A stretch of DNA of 64,000 nt from positions 2,240,001 through 2,304,000 of the forward strand of contig CBDBBI010000010.1 of assembly GCA_965202625.1 (NCBI GenBank), written 5' to 3'. How positions within the stretch are numbered: position 1 is the stretch's first letter; each line of letters begins with the position of its first letter. The notes under the pieces are model-generated. The model saw nothing but the letters and a program-made list of their open reading frames with translations. It did no database searches and was not told the origin of the DNA. This document shows, piece after piece, positions 61,109-64,000 of the stretch. The translations under genes and the position numbers were made by a program. This DNA is from a bacterium. Its GTDB lineage: Bacteria > UBA8248.

Positions 61109-61576
61109 TCAGTTCCAAAGAATCACGCCCGCAAAAGCGGCTCCCGTTTTCCGCACCACGTGCTCCGCGGCGACGCTCTTGATCTCCCTGATGCGTTTTC
61201 TGCGAAACTCCATGCCGTCCGCCGCCATGCGCCGGGCCCTCGCCTCCACCAGCGCGCGCGGAGCGAAGTTGTGGTATTCCATGATGAGTCCGCAATGCGC
61301 CTCATCCTCCGGTATGGCGATCGCCACCGCCGCCGTGAGCACCTGGCCCGGCGTCTCCGAGGTCACCGAAGCGTAGGCGGTCGGTGCCAGCGCGCCTTGA
61401 GGCAGCCGCTGCGTCTCCATCTCCTCGCACCCCGGCGGCAGAATGCTGCTCACGCGCACCAGGTTCGCGTTGCCCACGCCGGCGTCGATCAGCGCGAAAT
61501 CAAACGCGTTGAGCGCACTTGGTCCTTCCGCGCATCCATGGGCCATGAAATACTTCGTGGGCGTGGAGATGAGCAT
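61109..61576 (-). CDS. pdaD: Pyruvoyl-dependent arginine decarboxylase
   Basis: LNAFD.AL..AG.GN.NLV..SSILP, including the Ser-Ser cleavage site. Confidence 0.92.
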   Translation of the reverse strand: MLISTPTKYFMAHGCAEGPSALNAFDFALIDAGVGNANLVRVSSILPPGCEEMETQRLPQGALAPTAYASVTSETPGQVLTAAVAIAIPEDEAHCGLIMEYHNFAPRALVEARARRMAADGMEFRRKRIREIKSVAAEHVVRKTGAAFAGVILWN

Positions 61577-61617
61577 CGCTCACGCGCCTCCCCGACATGT
61601 GAAGAGAGAGGAGTTTT

Positions 61618-62010
61618 TCATTCCCCGCTCGAGACCAGGGGCGAACCCAGAGGCGCGCCGCGTCTCTCCATGACGCCGCGCGCCACCTCTGCCGTCTCGA
61701 CGCGCGCCGCGAGAAGCCGATTCTCCAGATGCCGCATGGCCGCCTCGGCATCCACCTCTCCGCAGGAGAAATAATCCACCGCGGCGTAGCGATGCTCCGG
61801 CCACGTATGCACCGCCAGGTGGCTCTCCTCCACGACGACCACTCCGCTCACGCCGTGCGGGCTGAACGCGTGAAACACGCTTTGCACGACGGTGGCCCCG
61901 CTCAGGTGAGCGGCCTCGTTCATCCACCGCTCGACCCGCTTCGGGTCGTTCAGCACATCCGCGTCGCAATCATAAAATTCCGCCAGAATGTGACGTCCCA
62001 AGGAGATCAA
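61618..62010 (-). CDS. speD: S-adenosylmethionine decarboxylase proenzyme (short class)
   Basis: GRH...E...C, F.P.GVSG....ESH...HTWPE..YAAVD.F.CG; TTG start after GGGAG. Confidence 0.94.
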   Translation of the reverse strand: MISLGRHILAEFYDCDADVLNDPKRVERWMNEAAHLSGATVVQSVFHAFSPHGVSGVVVVEESHLAVHTWPEHRYAAVDYFSCGEVDAEAAMRHLENRLLAARVETAEVARGVMERRGAPLGSPLVSSGE

Positions 62011-62065
62011 AGCGCACTCTCCCTGCGCCTGGACGCGCGATGCGCCATTCCCGTATCTCCTCCGC

Positions 62066-62671
62066 CTAGAAGCTGGGAGGCGTGGATACCCACAGGAGCC
62101 GCGCCCGCTTCTGGTAGGGGTTCGCCACCTGATGGGTTCTGTCGGAAACGAAGGAAAACCACTCGCCGCTCTTCGCCACCCCGAATTGCTCCCCATGTCT
62201 GATCTGCACCTTGCCCTTCAGAACGTAGCCAAACTCCTCGCCCGCATGGGCGTCCTCCTGAATCGACTCGCCGGACGCGATGGTCACGAGTGCGGGCTCC
62301 ATGCCGCGACTCGCCGTCCCCGGCACCATCAGCTGAAACGCCTGAATTTCAGGATAGGTCGTCGCGCTGCGGCAGTCCGCCGCGCCAAAAACGATGCGCC
62401 CCTCCTGCCGTCCCTGAAAAAACCGAACGATGTCGGTGTCGAGTGCCTCCAGAATTTCCAACAGACTCTCAAGCGAAGGCGAGGTGAGGTCGCGCTCGAG
62501 TTGAGAGATAAACCCTTTGGTGAGATTCGAGCGATGCGCCAGCTCCTCCTGCGTGAGTCCATGGGAGCGGCGCAAATCCCGAATGCGCACCCCGACGCGG
62601 AGCAGGCTCTCTACGGAGCGGCTCGTCCCGACTTTCGGTGCGCGCTCTTTTTCCGTCCGGCTCCACTCCAT
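62066..62671 (-). CDS. XRE HTH plus cupin transcriptional regulator (PuuR-like)
   Basis: [23 protein letters not shown] and [10 protein letters not shown]; first gene of the polyamine operon. Confidence 0.92.
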   Translation of the reverse strand: MEWSRTEKERAPKVGTSRSVESLLRVGVRIRDLRRSHGLTQEELAHRSNLTKGFISQLERDLTSPSLESLLEILEALDTDIVRFFQGRQEGRIVFGAADCRSATTYPEIQAFQLMVPGTASRGMEPALVTIASGESIQEDAHAGEEFGYVLKGKVQIRHGEQFGVAKSGEWFSFVSDRTHQVANPYQKRARLLWVSTPPSF

Positions 62672-63072
62672 CGCCAGGCCCAACAGCAGAACCTCCCGAC
62701 GCCCATGATCCAGGGGCGGAAAAAGCACCGCGCTCCCGAAGCGGCGGCTCCGCCCCGCGCCGACTCGTTTTCGAGAAAAGCGGAGTCTCGCTCAAGTCGG
62801 CTGTTTAGTAAAGTATGATTCAAAAAAATTGTTTCTTAAACCGTGAAAGGGAGAACGTTATATTTTTTTCACTCCCCACGTCAATAATTTTCGCACCGCC
62901 TGCGGCATAGGGAAACCCCCTCTCCGGGCTGGCGACACAAGACCGCCGCGCGCGCCTCCCCTCTGGATGACGACCTTCCGGAGTTTTGCTATTGTATAGA
63001 TGCGTTTTTCAGTCGGGAGGAGAGAGAGCGTTCGCGTCCCATTCATCACCTATCGCTTTCATGGAGGGAAGG

Positions 63073-63327
63073 ATGGCAGCCCATATCGAAGTCTATACCA
63101 CCGAGCCTTGCACCTTTTGCGCCGCAGCGAAAAATCTCCTGAAAAAACGGGGACTTGCGTGGACAGAACATCTGGTGTTCGGCGGGACGCCCGAATGGGA
63201 GACTATGCGGGAGCGCACCAGCGGAAAATCCGTGCCCCAGATCATCATCAACGACGAGGTCATCGGCGGATTTCCGCAGCTCCAGGCGTATGACAAGGAA
63301 GGAAGACTGGGCACGCTCGCGGGATAG
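63073..63327 (+). CDS. Glutaredoxin (GrxC-like)
   Basis: CTFC active site and SVPQI.I....IGG. Confidence 0.9.
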   Translation: MAAHIEVYTTEPCTFCAAAKNLLKKRGLAWTEHLVFGGTPEWETMRERTSGKSVPQIIINDEVIGGFPQLQAYDKEGRLGTLAG

Positions 63328-63505
63328 AGGCTTTCGGGCACCTCGCGGGAGGGCGACTGGGACGCGATTTTTTTCGCCTCTCTCCGGCTGAGGGACGCCT
63401 CTTCATTTCGTGAAAAGCGAGGGATATTCTCCGCGCTCCCAGCGCGAACGCCCCCCTTTGGGAGAGGAGGAGGGGCGCGGCCTCTCAGGACGTAAGGAAA
63501 ACGCG

Positions 63506-64000
63506 ATGCCGCTCATGAGCCCTGACGAATATAAAAGAAGCCTGCGCGATGGCCGGATGGTCTATTACCGGGGCGCGCGCGTGGAGGACGTCGCCTCCCA
63601 TCCCGTCATCGGGGTGGCGGTGAATCACGCCGCCATAGATTACGAGATGGCGGAGAACGAAGAGGCGCTCGCGCTGGTCGAGGGTGCGGACGGCCCCTAT
63701 TCGCGCTACTATCATGTCCCGCAAAGCGCTGACGATTTGCTCAAGCGCAGCTCTCTCATCGAACGCGCCACGGCACTGGGCGGTGGCCTCGTAGTCCTCA
63801 TCAAGGAAATTGGCAGCGACGCGCTCTTCGCCCTGCGCCTTCTCGCCTCCTACATGGACAAGAACAAGGGGACAAACTACCTCGCTCGCGTCCAGAAGTT
63901 CCACGAACACTGCCGGAACAACGACCTGGCCGTCGCCGTCGCCCAAACGGACGCCAAAGGGGACAGGGGGAAGGTCCCCGGCCAGCAGTCCCATTCGGAT
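63506..64000 (+). CDS. HpaB/4-hydroxybutyryl-CoA dehydratase family flavoprotein, N-terminal part (runs off window)
   Basis: Manual translation MPLMSPDEYKRSLRDGR.VYY.G.RVEDV..HP...AQTDAKGDR; AAGGA RBS; absent from the ORF track because it has no stop codon in the window. Confidence 0.88.
   Translation, partial: MPLMSPDEYKRSLRDGRMVYYRGARVEDVASHPVIGVAVNHAAIDYEMAENEEALALVEGADGPYSRYYHVPQSADDLLKRSSLIERATALGGGLVVLIKEIGSDALFALRLLASYMDKNKGTNYLARVQKFHEHCRNNDLAVAVAQTDAKGDRGKVPGQQSHSD

Noticed and set aside
63485-63994. 169-aa minus-strand ORF
   Set aside because: Antisense to the HpaB/AbfD-family gene on the plus strand.

Overview
This is a GC-rich bacterial chromosomal window, mostly catabolic and transport genes. 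It carries hydantoinase/oxoprolinase B and A, an aryl-CoA ligase, two tripartite tricarboxylate transporters, LLM oxidoreductases, an aldehyde dehydrogenase, a long amidase, a Baeyer-Villiger monooxygenase, an ABC importer, two DHDPS-family aldolases, two ThDP enzymes and three acyl-CoA dehydrogenases. It ends in a more core-like block: PyrF-like gene, ytoQ, tRNA-Ser(GGA), citrate synthase, a regulator-speD-pdaD-speE-speB polyamine operon and a glutaredoxin. Four accessory elements stand out. (1) An AT-rich RsrI/EcoRI-like R-M cassette sits between the hydantoinase subunits, with a broken endonuclease and an intact methylase. (2) An orphan Mu-like phage fragment has a MuF head protein carrying a PBECR-like region, a HipA/PI3K-like kinase and an R-S-E ADP-ribosyltransferase, followed by a translationally coupled, frameshifted candidate immunity gene. 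(3) An AT-rich three-gene island encodes an 88-aa protein, an 829-aa GHKL/MORC-like ATPase and a convergent SPPY DNA methyltransferase, with no recognisable nuclease; it is a candidate undescribed defence system. (4) An unannotated ~165-nt minus-strand unit next to tRNA-Ser has its own promoter, a 16-nt perfect complement of the 16S rRNA 3' end, a 12-codon ORF, a structured 3' region and a terminator. Several pseudogenes suggest genome erosion or sequencing indels. All family calls come from motif recognition by eye; no database searches were run.
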